Positions 9,954 through 19,900 of a stretch of 64,000 nucleotides of DNA are shown here, piece after piece. The stretch's first letter is position 1. Each line of letters starts with the position of its first letter. Source of the stretch: Dehalococcoidia bacterium (GTDB lineage: Bacteria > Chloroflexota > Dehalococcoidia > Plut-88900). Below the pieces are notes generated by a model. That model was not told where the DNA came from, made no database searches, and saw nothing but the letters and a program-made list of their open reading frames with translations. Both the position numbers and the translations under genes were made by a program. The DNA lies in NCBI GenBank assembly GCA_965197645.1, contig OZ240219.1:3147321-3211320 (forward strand), given 5' to 3'.

Positions 9954-10789
9954 CAGGCCAGCGCCTCTTTGGCAGCCTCGAACATCACTTGGACCGGGGC
10001 ATCCACGCCGGTCCACAGACGAAACGCCTCAGCGCCCTGGTAGACCAGCATTGGGAGTCCGCCCACAGTCCTGGCGCCCCTCTCTCTAGCGGCTTCGATG
10101 AGCCGGGTCTCCGAAGGATTATATACCAAGTCATATACCAAGGCCCCCGCACGAATCAGGTCGTCAGCGATGGGCAGCATCCCCTCCGTTTCGCTGTGCC
10201 TGGTCCCGATGGAAGTGCAATTGACCAGCAGGTCGTAGCGGGTGTCTTGTTCAAGCCGCCCCGAGGCCTCCAGAGAGACGTCTTTGAAGGCTGCCCGAAG
10301 ATCCCTCGCCAAGCTCCGGGCCCTCTCCGGTGTCCTGTTGACAATGGCCAGGAACGATACTTCCGCCGCCGCCAGCGAGTAGGCCACAGCCCTGGCGGCG
10401 CCTCCGGCGCCGATCACCACCACCCTTGTTCCTCTCGGCTCGAAGGCGCCGTCCTCGCACAGGCCCCGCATGAAGCCGGGAGCATCGGTATTGAAGCCTT
10501 TGAGCCGTCCCCTTTGATTCACTATCGTGTTGACCCCTCCGATCGCGCTGGCAACCTGATCCAGCTCATCGAGGAGCGGGATGATCGACTCCTTGTGGGG
10601 GATGGTCACATTGGCGCCCATCACCTCATCGCTGCGAAGCTGCTCCACCCTATTCGGGAGGTCCTGGGGGGTGGTGGGCCAGGAGTCGTATCGAGCGTCT
10701 ATGCCCAGGTGGTCCAGGGCTGCCTGCTGAAAAGCCGGGGATATGGAGTGGGCCAAAGGGTAGCCCAATATGCCGAGTTGTTTGGTCAA
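9953..10789 (-). CDS. aroE: Shikimate dehydrogenase
   Basis: HSISP, NVTIPHK, NTD, GAGGAARA, NRT, DLVYNP. Confidence 0.96.
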   Translation of the reverse strand: MTKQLGILGYPLAHSISPAFQQAALDHLGIDARYDSWPTTPQDLPNRVEQLRSDEVMGANVTIPHKESIIPLLDELDQVASAIGGVNTIVNQRGRLKGFNTDAPGFMRGLCEDGAFEPRGTRVVVIGAGGAARAVAYSLAAAEVSFLAIVNRTPERARSLARDLRAAFKDVSLEASGRLEQDTRYDLLVNCTSIGTRHSETEGMLPIADDLIRAGALVYDLVYNPSETRLIEAARERGARTVGGLPMLVYQGAEAFRLWTGVDAPVQVMFEAAKEALA

Positions 10790-10807
10790 GAGAGAACGCT
10801 CGCCCCG

Positions 10808-11266
10808 TTACTCCCTCGGCGTCAAAGGAAGGGGGGCCTGTCGGTTCCTGCCGTCCAGGTACTGTTGCAGTATCACAGCAGCCGCAGCGGCATCTCTCAG
10901 GTCTTTACGGCGAGTTTTTGGGACGCCGGCTTGACGCATCATCTCGCCGGCCTCGAAGGTGGAATAGCTCTCGTCCCAGGTGACGACGGGAACGGTGAGC
11001 ATAGCCTCTAGCTCGGATAGGAAATCTCGGACTTTTTGCGCCTGGGGCCCGATGTGACCGTCGAGGGATACCGGCAGTCCCACCACCATCTGTCCCACCC
11101 GGTGTTCTCCAACGAGCTCGACGATACGCCGGATAGCCCGGTCTCGGGTCTTGACTCTGATGGTGTCCAATGGGGAGGCTAAGGTGCCTGTTGCATCGCT
11201 CAGGGCGACGCCAATGCGGGCGTCTCCCACGTCCAGCGACAGCGTTCTTCCTACCCCGCTCTCCAT
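10808..11266 (-). CDS. ruvX: Holliday junction resolvase-like / pre-16S rRNA nuclease RuvX (YqgF)
   Basis: LDVGDARIGVALSD, VGLP, WDESYST, DAAAAAVILQ; canonical position after alaS. Confidence 0.93.
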   Translation of the reverse strand: MESGVGRTLSLDVGDARIGVALSDATGTLASPLDTIRVKTRDRAIRRIVELVGEHRVGQMVVGLPVSLDGHIGPQAQKVRDFLSELEAMLTVPVVTWDESYSTFEAGEMMRQAGVPKTRRKDLRDAAAAAVILQQYLDGRNRQAPLPLTPRE

Positions 11267-11274
11267 GCCCGCCT

Positions 11275-13908
11275 TTAGCACTTTCCGCCCCTGATGGCCG
11301 GCAGTACGGCTTCCAGGGCCTGGCCTATCTTCGATGGGTCCTTGCCCCCAGCCTGGGCCAACTCCGGCCGTCCACCCCCACCGCCGCCCGTAGCAGCCGC
11401 CACCTGCTTGGCGATGTTGCCGGCGTGAATGCCCCTGTCCACCAGGTCCGGCGTAACCATGGTCACGAACATTGGACGCTGATTGATTATCGATGCAAGC
11501 ACTATCACCACGCTGTTCAACCGGTCCTTCAGAAGGTCGCCCATCTCTCGCATAGATTCCACGTTTGGTGCCTTGACGCGGGCCGCCACCAGGCTGACTC
11601 CATCGACCTGCTGCACCTGCCCGACAAGCTCTTCGGCCTCTTGGCGTGCCAGGCCGCGCTCCAGGTTGCCGGCCCGTTTTCTCTCGGATTCCAGGTCCTC
11701 AGATAGGGCGGCGATTCTTTCCGGCAGCTCGGCGGGTGTGGTGTTCAGGTCTCGAGCTAGTGAGTCTACGATGTCGAACCTTTCGGCCACCATCTCCTGG
11801 GCCACTACCCCGGTTACCGCCTCGATCCTTCTTAAGCCCGAGCCTATGCTGCCCTCGTCGACGACCTGCAAGTACCATACCTCGCCGGTGTAAGCGACGT
11901 GAGTGCCGCCGCACACCTCGTAGCTAAACGGATCCTCGTTACCCATCTCGACCACCCGCACTGTTTCCCCGTACTTGTCACCGAAGAAGGCCAGCGCTCC
12001 GGAGGCGACAGCGTCGGCGTAGCGCATCTCGTCGATGCTCACCGCCAGGTCCGCCCGTACCTGCTCATTGGTCAGCTTCTTGACATCGGTTAGCTCGGCG
12101 CTGCTCAGACCGACGGGATGGGTAAAGTCGAACCGGAGCCGGTTTGGGGTCACCAGCGAGCCGCCCTGTCGCACGTGCTCACCCAGCACTTTTCGGAGCG
12201 CGGCGTGAAGAAGATGGGTGCCGGTGTGGTTCCGGGTCGCATCCCTGCGATGGGTTGGGTCCACTCGCATCGACACCGGATCGCCGATGGCGATGATACC
12301 GTTCTTGACCGATCCCTTGTGGGTGATCAGGCCCGGCATAGTCAGCTGGGTATCCTCCACCCCAAGCAGTCCCTGGGGGCCGTTTACGTCGCCCCTGTCT
12401 CCGACCTGTCCCCCGCCCTCCGAATAGAAAGGCGTTTCCACGGTTATGACCTCGGCCTCGTCCCCCTCCGATGCCCTCTCAACCGATCGGCCTTCCACCA
12501 GCAGCCCGACTACTACCGATTCGCCTTGGATGGCCTCGTAGCCGGTGAAGCGGGTAGCGCCGAGACCGAGAGACCCGTAGGTCTCTCCCTCGGTCAGGTG
12601 GGCCTTGAAGGTCTGGGCGGCGCGGCCTCGTTGCCGCTGGCTCTCCATCTCTTGTCGGAAGCCGTCAGCGTCCACCGAGAATCCCTGCTCCTTCGCCACC
12701 TCTTCAGTCAACTCGGCGGGAAAACCGTAGGTATCGTACAGCCGGAACGCGTCGGCGCCCGAGACCACCGAGACCTTGTTCCTGGCGGCCTCAGCTGTAA
12801 TATCGTCCAGGAGACTCAAACCGGCTTCCAGGGTGTGGTGAAATCGGGACTCTTCGTTTTCGATGACTTTCAGAATGAACTGCCGGTTCTGCACCAGCTC
12901 CGGATAGACGGCGCCCATCTTCTGCATAACCGTTTGGGCGATCTCAGGCAGGACAGGCTCCTCGACTCCGAGCTTGCGGGCGAAGGTCACAGCCCTGCGT
13001 AGAATGCGGCGCAGCACGTATCCCCGCCCCTCGTTGCTGGGCACCACTCCGTCGGCGATGAGGAATGTGATGCTGCGTCCGTGCTCGGCGAGTACCCTCA
13101 TGGCCGGATCGGTCTCGTCAGATTCGCCGTAGGTCTTCCCCGTGAGCCGGGAGACGGACTCCATGATCTCCTTGAAGGGGTCGGCCTCGTAGACGTTGGT
13201 AACACCCTGGAGAATTGCGGCCGTCCGCTCGACTCCCATCCCGGTATCTATGTTCCCGTTCGGGAGCAGGGTGCGGTTCCCCTCTCTGTCCTGGTAGTAC
13301 TCAGTGAGCACCAGGTTCCAGTACTCGGTGAAGCGGTTGCAGTCGCACGCCGGTCCACAATCGGGCTTGTCGCAGGCGTACTCCTCTCCGAAGTCGTAGT
13401 AGAGCTCGGTGCAAGGGCCGCAGGGGCCTTCGTCTCCGGGCGGGCCCCACCAATTCTCCGCTTCGTCGTACCGGACTATCCGCTCAGCGGGCACGCCCAT
13501 GTCCAGCCAGTATTGATGGGACTCGTCGTCGTCCAGGAATACCGACGCCCATATCCGTTCCGGGGGTATCTTCAGCCTTTCGATGGAGAACTCCCAGGCC
13601 CACTCGATGGCCTCTTTCTTGAAGTAGTCCGCTACGCTGAAGTTCCCCAGCATCTCGAAGAAGGTGAGGTGATCGGCATCGCCTACACTATCGATGTCCG
13701 TGGCGCGGAAGCATTTCTGGCAGGAGGCGAGGCGGGGTGCGGGTGGAACGGCATCCCCGGTGAAGAAGGGCTTGATCTGGACCACACCGGCGCTGGTCAG
13801 GAGCAGGGTTGGGTCGCCGATGGGAATCAGCGATGAGCTGGGCAGCACCACGTGCTTCTTGGACTCGAAGAATCTGAGGTATTCGTTTCGCAGCTCGTCG
13901 CTGTTCAA
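11275..13908 (-). CDS. alaS: Alanine--tRNA ligase
   Basis: DPTLLLT, HLTFFEMLGNFS, GRGYVLRRILRRA, NHTGTHLLH, CGGTH, GGGGGRPELAQAGG. Confidence 0.98.
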   Translation of the reverse strand: MNSDELRNEYLRFFESKKHVVLPSSSLIPIGDPTLLLTSAGVVQIKPFFTGDAVPPAPRLASCQKCFRATDIDSVGDADHLTFFEMLGNFSVADYFKKEAIEWAWEFSIERLKIPPERIWASVFLDDDESHQYWLDMGVPAERIVRYDEAENWWGPPGDEGPCGPCTELYYDFGEEYACDKPDCGPACDCNRFTEYWNLVLTEYYQDREGNRTLLPNGNIDTGMGVERTAAILQGVTNVYEADPFKEIMESVSRLTGKTYGESDETDPAMRVLAEHGRSITFLIADGVVPSNEGRGYVLRRILRRAVTFARKLGVEEPVLPEIAQTVMQKMGAVYPELVQNRQFILKVIENEESRFHHTLEAGLSLLDDITAEAARNKVSVVSGADAFRLYDTYGFPAELTEEVAKEQGFSVDADGFRQEMESQRQRGRAAQTFKAHLTEGETYGSLGLGATRFTGYEAIQGESVVVGLLVEGRSVERASEGDEAEVITVETPFYSEGGGQVGDRGDVNGPQGLLGVEDTQLTMPGLITHKGSVKNGIIAIGDPVSMRVDPTHRRDATRNHTGTHLLHAALRKVLGEHVRQGGSLVTPNRLRFDFTHPVGLSSAELTDVKKLTNEQVRADLAVSIDEMRYADAVASGALAFFGDKYGETVRVVEMGNEDPFSYEVCGGTHVAYTGEVWYLQVVDEGSIGSGLRRIEAVTGVVAQEMVAERFDIVDSLARDLNTTPAELPERIAALSEDLESERKRAGNLERGLARQEAEELVGQVQQVDGVSLVAARVKAPNVESMREMGDLLKDRLNSVVIVLASIINQRPMFVTMVTPDLVDRGIHAGNIAKQVAAATGGGGGGRPELAQAGGKDPSKIGQALEAVLPAIRGGKC

Positions 13909-13971
13909 TGGGGCACCCGGTTGAAAATTGTAACAATATAGGGCTTACCCGTACGGTAGCCCTTCATGTCG

Positions 13972-14000
13972 ATTTTATGGAAACTTACGCACACTGTCAA
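13972..14000 (-). promoter_or_regulatory. Sigma70 promoter of the alaS operon
   Basis: Minus strand TTGACA-17 bp-TAAAAT. Confidence 0.75.
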
Positions 14001-14021
14001 CGCAGGGGAACCCGTCTCACG

Positions 14022-14051
14022 TTGACACTTTCGAAGGGTGTCTGGTAGTCT
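14022..14051 (+). promoter_or_regulatory. Divergent sigma70-like promoter upstream of the otsA leader
   Basis: TTGACA-18 bp-TAGTCT, back-to-back with the alaS -35 box. Confidence 0.55.
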
Positions 14052-14057
14052 GGATTT

Positions 14058-14245
14058 ATCGGGCCATTCCTCCTCTAGAACCGATGCCCGACAGGAGCGG
14101 CGCCGGGACGTGGTGGTGCAGCCAGACCACCGGGCCGAGAGCTTGAACACCAGTTTCGAGACCTACCGAAACTCCCCATGTTCATGTTCCCCGGCTTCGC
14201 CGTGAACCAGTCCCGCGGAACGAGGACCAAAGTAGGTGGGAGCGT
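14058..14245 (+). ncRNA. Candidate structured leader or small RNA (unclassified)
   Basis: Nested complementary stems CGGGAC/GTCCCG, GGTGGT/ACCACC, CCGGG/CCCGG, TGAACA/TGTTCA, AGTTTCG/CGAAACT. Confidence 0.35.
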
Positions 14246-14252
14246 TAGCCAA

Positions 14253-15779
14253 GTGCCAGTTTCATACTCCGACAAAGCGGTACGGCAGGACTCTCTTTCA
14301 GCTGTCTGCGAGCGGCTCCTGGACCTGCGCAACTTGGTCCTGGTGAGCAACCGGGGACCAGTCGAGTACTATCTGGACGCCGATGGCGAACCCCTGGCGA
14401 GGCGCGGCGCGGGCGGGTTGGTGACGGCGCTGGACCTCCTGTGCCGGTACGAAGGCCTCACCTGGATAGCCAGCGCCATTGGGGAGGGAGACCGGCGCGT
14501 GGGCGAGGAGGCGACGTGGGGAAGAATAAAGTCTCCTCTGTCTGGTCACAAGCTCAGTATCCGGTTCATAAACTCCTCCCGCCAGACGTATCACCAGTAC
14601 TACAACGTGATCTGCAATCCACTGCTCTGGTTCCTCCAGCATTACATGTGGAACACTCCCTACGCGCCCAACGTTGACCTCGCGGTGCAGGAAGCCTGGG
14701 ACAATGGATACGTCGCCATGAACCGGGCATTTTCAGACGCGGTGGTCGAAGAGGCCAAGGGCTCGGAGCGAGCGCCCGTGGTGATGCTGCAGGACTATCA
14801 TCTGTACCTGGCAGGGCGGTTCATCCGTGAGGAGCTGCCCGACGTGGTCCTCCAGCACTTCACCCACATCCCCTGGCCCAACGCCGACTACTGGCCGCTG
14901 CTCCCCGCCAAGATGAGACGGGAGATATGCGAAGGCATGTGCGCCGTCGATTTTGTTGGTCTGCAGACGCCCCGGGACGTGCGCAACTTCCTGGAGACCT
15001 GTGAGGACTTCCTGCCGGGCACCACCGTCGACTACACAGGCCAGACGGTACAGTACGACGGACGGACCACCAGCGTCAGAGCCTATCCCGCTTCGATCAG
15101 CGTCAAGGACTTGAGGAATACAGCGGAGTCGGTCCGAGTACGGGACTACGAGCAGCAGCTAAGGCCCCACTTCGGAGAGAAGACCATCGTACGGGTGGAC
15201 AGGATTGATCCCAGCAAGAACATCCTGCGAGGCTTCCAGGCTTTCGAAACCTTGCTGGAACGCCACCCTCAGTTCAGAGGTGTAGTGAATTTTGTCGCCT
15301 TCCTGGTGCCCTCTCGGTCCGACATAGCGCAGTACGAACGGTACACAGACGAGGTCCACGCCCTGGCAGGGCGAATCAACGGGAAGTACAGCACCGAAAA
15401 GTGGCAACCGATCACCATCTACTACGAAAACAACTATACTCAGGCCATCGCCGCCATGCGGCTCTACGACGTCCTCATGGTCAACTCGGTTATCGATGGC
15501 ATGAATCTGGTGGCCAAAGAGGGTCCGATTGTTAACCGGAAGGACGGGGTACTGGTGTTGTCCGAGGGCGCGGGCGCACATCAACAGCTCTCGGAGGGAG
15601 CGCTCTCCGTGGCCCCGGCCGATCTGGAAGGCACGGCCCAGGCGTTGCATACCGCTCTCACCATGTCACCGGAAAAGAGGAGAGAACGAGCGGAGACGTT
15701 GGTTTCGTCCATAGAGAAGGCAGACGCGGACGACTGGCTCTACCAGCAGCTCCGCGACGTATATGAGGTTCTTGAATAA
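14253..15779 (+). CDS. otsA: Trehalose-6-phosphate synthase (GT20)
   Basis: VSNRGP, AGGLVTAL, QDYHL, FTHIPWP, RVDRIDPSKNI, DGMNLVAKE; GTG start with GGGAG RBS chosen. Confidence 0.93.
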   Translation: MPVSYSDKAVRQDSLSAVCERLLDLRNLVLVSNRGPVEYYLDADGEPLARRGAGGLVTALDLLCRYEGLTWIASAIGEGDRRVGEEATWGRIKSPLSGHKLSIRFINSSRQTYHQYYNVICNPLLWFLQHYMWNTPYAPNVDLAVQEAWDNGYVAMNRAFSDAVVEEAKGSERAPVVMLQDYHLYLAGRFIREELPDVVLQHFTHIPWPNADYWPLLPAKMRREICEGMCAVDFVGLQTPRDVRNFLETCEDFLPGTTVDYTGQTVQYDGRTTSVRAYPASISVKDLRNTAESVRVRDYEQQLRPHFGEKTIVRVDRIDPSKNILRGFQAFETLLERHPQFRGVVNFVAFLVPSRSDIAQYERYTDEVHALAGRINGKYSTEKWQPITIYYENNYTQAIAAMRLYDVLMVNSVIDGMNLVAKEGPIVNRKDGVLVLSEGAGAHQQLSEGALSVAPADLEGTAQALHTALTMSPEKRRERAETLVSSIEKADADDWLYQQLRDVYEVLE

Positions 15780-16529
15780 ATGAAACTGAAAGACCACGTG
15801 ACGGTAGTCACGGGAAGCAGCCGGGGTATAGGCAAAGCCATAGCGTTGGGGTACGCCCAGGAGGGAGCCAAGGTGGTGGTAACGGCCAGGACTGAGGCTT
15901 CCGACCAGAGCAAGCTGCCCGGCACTATCCACCACACCGCCGAGGAGATCAAAGCGGCGGGCGGCGACTGCCTCGCAATCCGCTGCGACCTCAGCAACGA
16001 AGATGATGTCGACCAGCTCGTCGATCGGGTGGTGGAGCATTACGGCCGCCTTGACGTTATCGTCAACAATGCCGCAATCATCCTCCACACGCCGGTCGTC
16101 GACACGAAAATCAAGCACTGGAGGCTGATGGTAAAGATCAACCTGGAATCTCCGGTTATCCTGTGCCAGAAGGCGATCCCCCACATGATCGAGCAGGGGG
16201 GCGGCAGCATTATCAACATCAGCTCCGAGTCGGCCACCGATTACGAAGGGGGCACCCACCTCTACGGGGCCGCGGATGCAGCCATCGACAGGTTCTCCCG
16301 GGGTCTGGCCCACGAGCTGAAAGAGCACAACATCGCCGTGAACTCGCTGGACCCGGGAAGGGTGAAGACAGAAGGCGCTCTCTACACCTTCCCTCCCGAC
16401 ACCGATTGGACGGGATGGAAAGAGCCCGCAGAGGTGGCGCCGTCGGCCGTATACCTCGCCGATCCTGCCAACAGGTCCTATACCGGCCAAGTGGTCTGCG
16501 CCGACGACTTTGGCACGGCGTGGCCCTAA
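15780..16529 (+). CDS. SDR family oxidoreductase
   Basis: TGSSRGIG, VNNAA, INISS; YGAAD in place of YxxxK. Confidence 0.9.
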   Translation: MKLKDHVTVVTGSSRGIGKAIALGYAQEGAKVVVTARTEASDQSKLPGTIHHTAEEIKAAGGDCLAIRCDLSNEDDVDQLVDRVVEHYGRLDVIVNNAAIILHTPVVDTKIKHWRLMVKINLESPVILCQKAIPHMIEQGGGSIINISSESATDYEGGTHLYGAADAAIDRFSRGLAHELKEHNIAVNSLDPGRVKTEGALYTFPPDTDWTGWKEPAEVAPSAVYLADPANRSYTGQVVCADDFGTAWP

Positions 16530-16535
16530 GAACGA

Positions 16536-17417
16536 GTGGTGGTCAACCCTAACAACAGCCCCCAGGCTTTCAAAGCGGAAGTTGGAAACACAACCATCCA
16601 CTACGTGACGGCGGGCTCCGGCGAACCCGTGGTCCTACTCCACGGCCTGGGCACCTCGGTCTATTCCTGGCACAGGAACATCGGCCCTCTTTCTCAACGG
16701 TATCGGGTCATAGCTCCGGACCTGCCGGGCCACGGCTATTCGGTCAACCACGATGGCCGATACGAGCTGCCCTCCGCGCTGGAGTTCCTGGACGGTTTCC
16801 TGGACCACCTCGATATCTCCCGGGTCAATCTAGTCGGCAGCTCGATGGGCGGATGCATCGCTCTCAGGGCATCGTTGGACCTGCCCCGTCGGGTGCGGAG
16901 GTTGGTGCTGGTGAGCAGCGCGGGACTAGGTCGAGAGGTAGCTTATTTCCTCCGCCTGACCGGTCTTCCGGGAGTGGGAAAGCGGTTGTCAAAGCCGAGC
17001 CGGAAGAAGACTTTGTGGTCCTTGAAACGCCTTGTCTACGATCACTCGTTGATTACCGATGAATTGATCGACGAGTGTCACCGGTATCGAGCGATGTCCG
17101 GCGCTAACCACACCACCGCCAAGGTCCTTCGCTACGGCGTCGACGTGCTGGGCCAGAAGGACCGGGTTATCATGTTGGACCGCCTGGGGGAGCTCGACAT
17201 TCCGGTGCAGATCGTCTGGGGAGCGCAGGACCGGTTCATTCCGCTGAGGCACGGCTACGCCGCCCTTGAACGTATCCGAAATGCCAAGCTCCACATTTTC
17301 GACCGGTGCGGTCACTGGCCCCACATGGAGAAGGCCGATGCCTTCAACCTCACGGTCTCGCAGTTTCTGGACGAGAGCGGGGCGGAAGAGGACGCCGTAT
17401 CCACGACGGCGGCGTAG
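16536..17417 (+). CDS. Alpha/beta hydrolase
   Basis: LLHG, PDLPGHG, GSSMGG nucleophile elbow, WGAQD, CGHWP. Confidence 0.92.
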   Translation: MVVNPNNSPQAFKAEVGNTTIHYVTAGSGEPVVLLHGLGTSVYSWHRNIGPLSQRYRVIAPDLPGHGYSVNHDGRYELPSALEFLDGFLDHLDISRVNLVGSSMGGCIALRASLDLPRRVRRLVLVSSAGLGREVAYFLRLTGLPGVGKRLSKPSRKKTLWSLKRLVYDHSLITDELIDECHRYRAMSGANHTTAKVLRYGVDVLGQKDRVIMLDRLGELDIPVQIVWGAQDRFIPLRHGYAALERIRNAKLHIFDRCGHWPHMEKADAFNLTVSQFLDESGAEEDAVSTTAA

Positions 17418-17473
17418 TCCCTCCATTCGTCTCCGGTCCAATTTCAACGAGAGGCCCGGTATATAGTGACGGT

Positions 17474-18340
17474 ATGGGCCTCATCAACAAAGTCGTAATC
17501 CCAGCGGCGGGTCGGGGGACCCGGTTCCTACCAACGACCAAGGCCGTGCCCAAGGAGCTGATTCCCCTCTTGGACAAACCAGTGATCCACTACGGGGTCG
17601 AAGAGGCGGGAAACTCCGGTATCACTCAAGCCATCGTGGTCACGTCTACCGGTAAGGGGGCTATCGAAGAGTATTTCAGGTCCAACCCGGACCTGGAAGA
17701 GCTGCTCAGGGACAAAGGCCGCATTGAGCTGCTGCAAGATGTCCAAGAGGCATCGAGTCTGGCCGAGATGCAGTACGTGATACAGGAGGAGCAGCTGGGT
17801 CTCGGCCACGCTATCCTGGTCGCCGCCGATGCCGTTGGCAAAGAGCCTTTCGCCGTCCTTCTTCCCGATGATGTCATTCCCGGTGAGGTGCCTGTCCTCA
17901 AGCAGATGCTGGACCTGTACCGGCGTTACGAGGCCAGCATCGTCGCTGTTGAGAAGGTCACTCCCGAGCAGGTGTCGGGATACGGCATCGTGAGTCCAGA
18001 AGAGGAAGTAGCGCCCGGCTTCTACAAGCTGAACGGGCTGGTCGAGAAGCCAAGTCTGCAAGATGCACCATCGGACCTGGGTATCGTCGGCCGGTATGTC
18101 TTCACCCCCGCCATATTCGATGCACTAAGGGAAACGAGACCCGGTGCCCTGGGCGAGCTCCAGCTAACCGATGGCATGGCCAACCTTCTGAAATCAGAGC
18201 CGCTCTACGCCTACCAGCTCCAAACCGTCCGCCACGATGCCGGCACTCCCCTGGGCCTCATCAAGGCCTCGATACAGATGGGGCTGAGAGACGAAGCCAT
18301 CGGCGGAGGACTGCGGGAATTTCTGGATAGCATGCACTGA
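17474..18340 (+). CDS. galU: UTP--glucose-1-phosphate uridylyltransferase
   Basis: VIPAAGRGTRFLPTTKAVPKEL, QLGLGHA, LPDD, VEKP, GELQLTD. Confidence 0.96.
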   Translation: MGLINKVVIPAAGRGTRFLPTTKAVPKELIPLLDKPVIHYGVEEAGNSGITQAIVVTSTGKGAIEEYFRSNPDLEELLRDKGRIELLQDVQEASSLAEMQYVIQEEQLGLGHAILVAADAVGKEPFAVLLPDDVIPGEVPVLKQMLDLYRRYEASIVAVEKVTPEQVSGYGIVSPEEEVAPGFYKLNGLVEKPSLQDAPSDLGIVGRYVFTPAIFDALRETRPGALGELQLTDGMANLLKSEPLYAYQLQTVRHDAGTPLGLIKASIQMGLRDEAIGGGLREFLDSMH

Positions 18341-18435
18341 GTTGGCCCCATCCCGGCGCAGAACACCCAACGGTCCCTCGGCTTCATGACGGCGGTCTGC
18401 GCCCTCGATCTTGATCAACGGACACGTAAGTCTCG

Positions 18436-19728
18436 ATGACTGATAAATCCGAAAAAGCTTCCCTCTGGAAACTGATCAGGTCGCGCAACTTCAGCCTGCT
18501 GTGGGGGGCCGGAGGTCTATCTGCCATCGGCGACCAGTTCGATCTGATTGCGTTCCCTTGGCTGGTGCTGGTTGTCACCGGAGACCCCCTGGCGATTGGC
18601 CTTGTCATAGCGGTGGGCAACATTCCCACTTTCTTCTTCTTGCTCTTGGGCGGGTCGCTCGTCGATCGGTTCTCACCGCGCATCATGATGCTGACCAGCG
18701 ACGGCATACGGGTTGTGCTGTGTGCATCTCTGGCCGCTCTGATCCTGACCGATATCACCTACCTGTGGCTTATATACCTGTTCGCGTTACTCAAGGGAAT
18801 CACGGACTCCTTCTACTATCCCGCACATTTTGCGATACTGCCGCGCATAGTGCCTATGGGCCTGTTGCGACAGTCCAACGCCGTTGTGCTTACAACGACC
18901 GAGCTTAGCAGCTTCATAGGCCCTGCGCTGGCCGGCGGCCTCATAGCGTTGTTCAGCGGCGGCCCGGCCTCCGCGTCCAGCGCGGACAAGACCGGCATAG
19001 GGCTGGCGTTCGCCGTGGCGGTAGTCCCCTTCGCGGTCTCGGCGCTGATGCTTCTGCTGATGCGAATGAATGACTCCGGCCCCGAAGTATCCAGCAAAGA
19101 CGTAGAGGGGACTGGGGTGCTGGCGTCCATTGGGCAGGGGCTTCGGTACGTGGGCGCAGACGGAGCTATGCTCGCTGCTTTCCTGCTCATCGCCGGGGTG
19201 GACCTTCTCATAGAAGGGCCGCTGATAGTGGGACTGCCGATTCTGGCGGATACTAGGCTTGCGGAAGGCGCGTTGGCATTGGGAGTCATCACTTCCGCAT
19301 TTGCCGGAGGATCGGTACTCGGCGCTGTCCTGGCGGGTACACTACCCGCACCGGGTCGTGGACTGGGGCCCATCTTCGTTATACTCACCGCTCTATCCGG
19401 CTTGCTCATGATGCCTGTCGGGTTTCTGGGAGCGATGTGGGCGGCGGCGGGCATCGCGTTGGGGATTGGGTTGACGGCAGGACACGTGGACATCTTGTTC
19501 ACGTCGTGGCTTCAGGGCCGCGTGCAGCGGGCGATGCTGGGCCGGGTGATGAGCCTGCTGATGGTCGTAACGGTTGGACTATCGCCTATCTCTATCGCGG
19601 CTTCGGGTGCGCTGATAAGGCTGAGCCTGGAATGGGTAATCTTCGGCGCGGGCGCCCTGATGGCGATGTTCACCCTCGCCCTGGGCCTGCGGCGTGAAAT
19701 ACGCACGATAAGAATGACCGAGAAATAG
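18436..19728 (+). CDS. MFS transporter (DHA3/MefA-EntS-like)
   Basis: RNFSLLW, GGSLVDRF, ~12 hydrophobic segments, LGRVMSL. Confidence 0.9.
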   Translation: MTDKSEKASLWKLIRSRNFSLLWGAGGLSAIGDQFDLIAFPWLVLVVTGDPLAIGLVIAVGNIPTFFFLLLGGSLVDRFSPRIMMLTSDGIRVVLCASLAALILTDITYLWLIYLFALLKGITDSFYYPAHFAILPRIVPMGLLRQSNAVVLTTTELSSFIGPALAGGLIALFSGGPASASSADKTGIGLAFAVAVVPFAVSALMLLLMRMNDSGPEVSSKDVEGTGVLASIGQGLRYVGADGAMLAAFLLIAGVDLLIEGPLIVGLPILADTRLAEGALALGVITSAFAGGSVLGAVLAGTLPAPGRGLGPIFVILTALSGLLMMPVGFLGAMWAAAGIALGIGLTAGHVDILFTSWLQGRVQRAMLGRVMSLLMVVTVGLSPISIAASGALIRLSLEWVIFGAGALMAMFTLALGLRREIRTIRMTEK

Positions 19729-19761
19729 ACCAACTGCCCCGTCGCTCGCAACGACGGCGTT

Positions 19762-19812
19762 GTCATTGCGAGCTCCGACTTTGTCGGGGCGTGGCAATCT
19801 AGCCAGGTTTGG
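19762..19812. repeat. REP-like palindromic repeat, family B copy
   Basis: GTCATTGCGAGCTCCGACTTTGTCGGGGCGTGGCAATCTAGC, near-identical to the ~4170-4220 copy; between convergent genes. Confidence 0.8.
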
Positions 19813-19900
19813 CCGAACGGGGTTTTCGGCACTCAGTTAGTACTGAGAGACGGGCTCGGGGAGTGATTACTGGTACCGGGGCACCCGATACGGCTACCGG

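Noticed and set aside
13909-14000. T-box riboswitch ahead of alaS
   Set aside because: The promoter is only ~60 bp from the start and no T-box consensus is present
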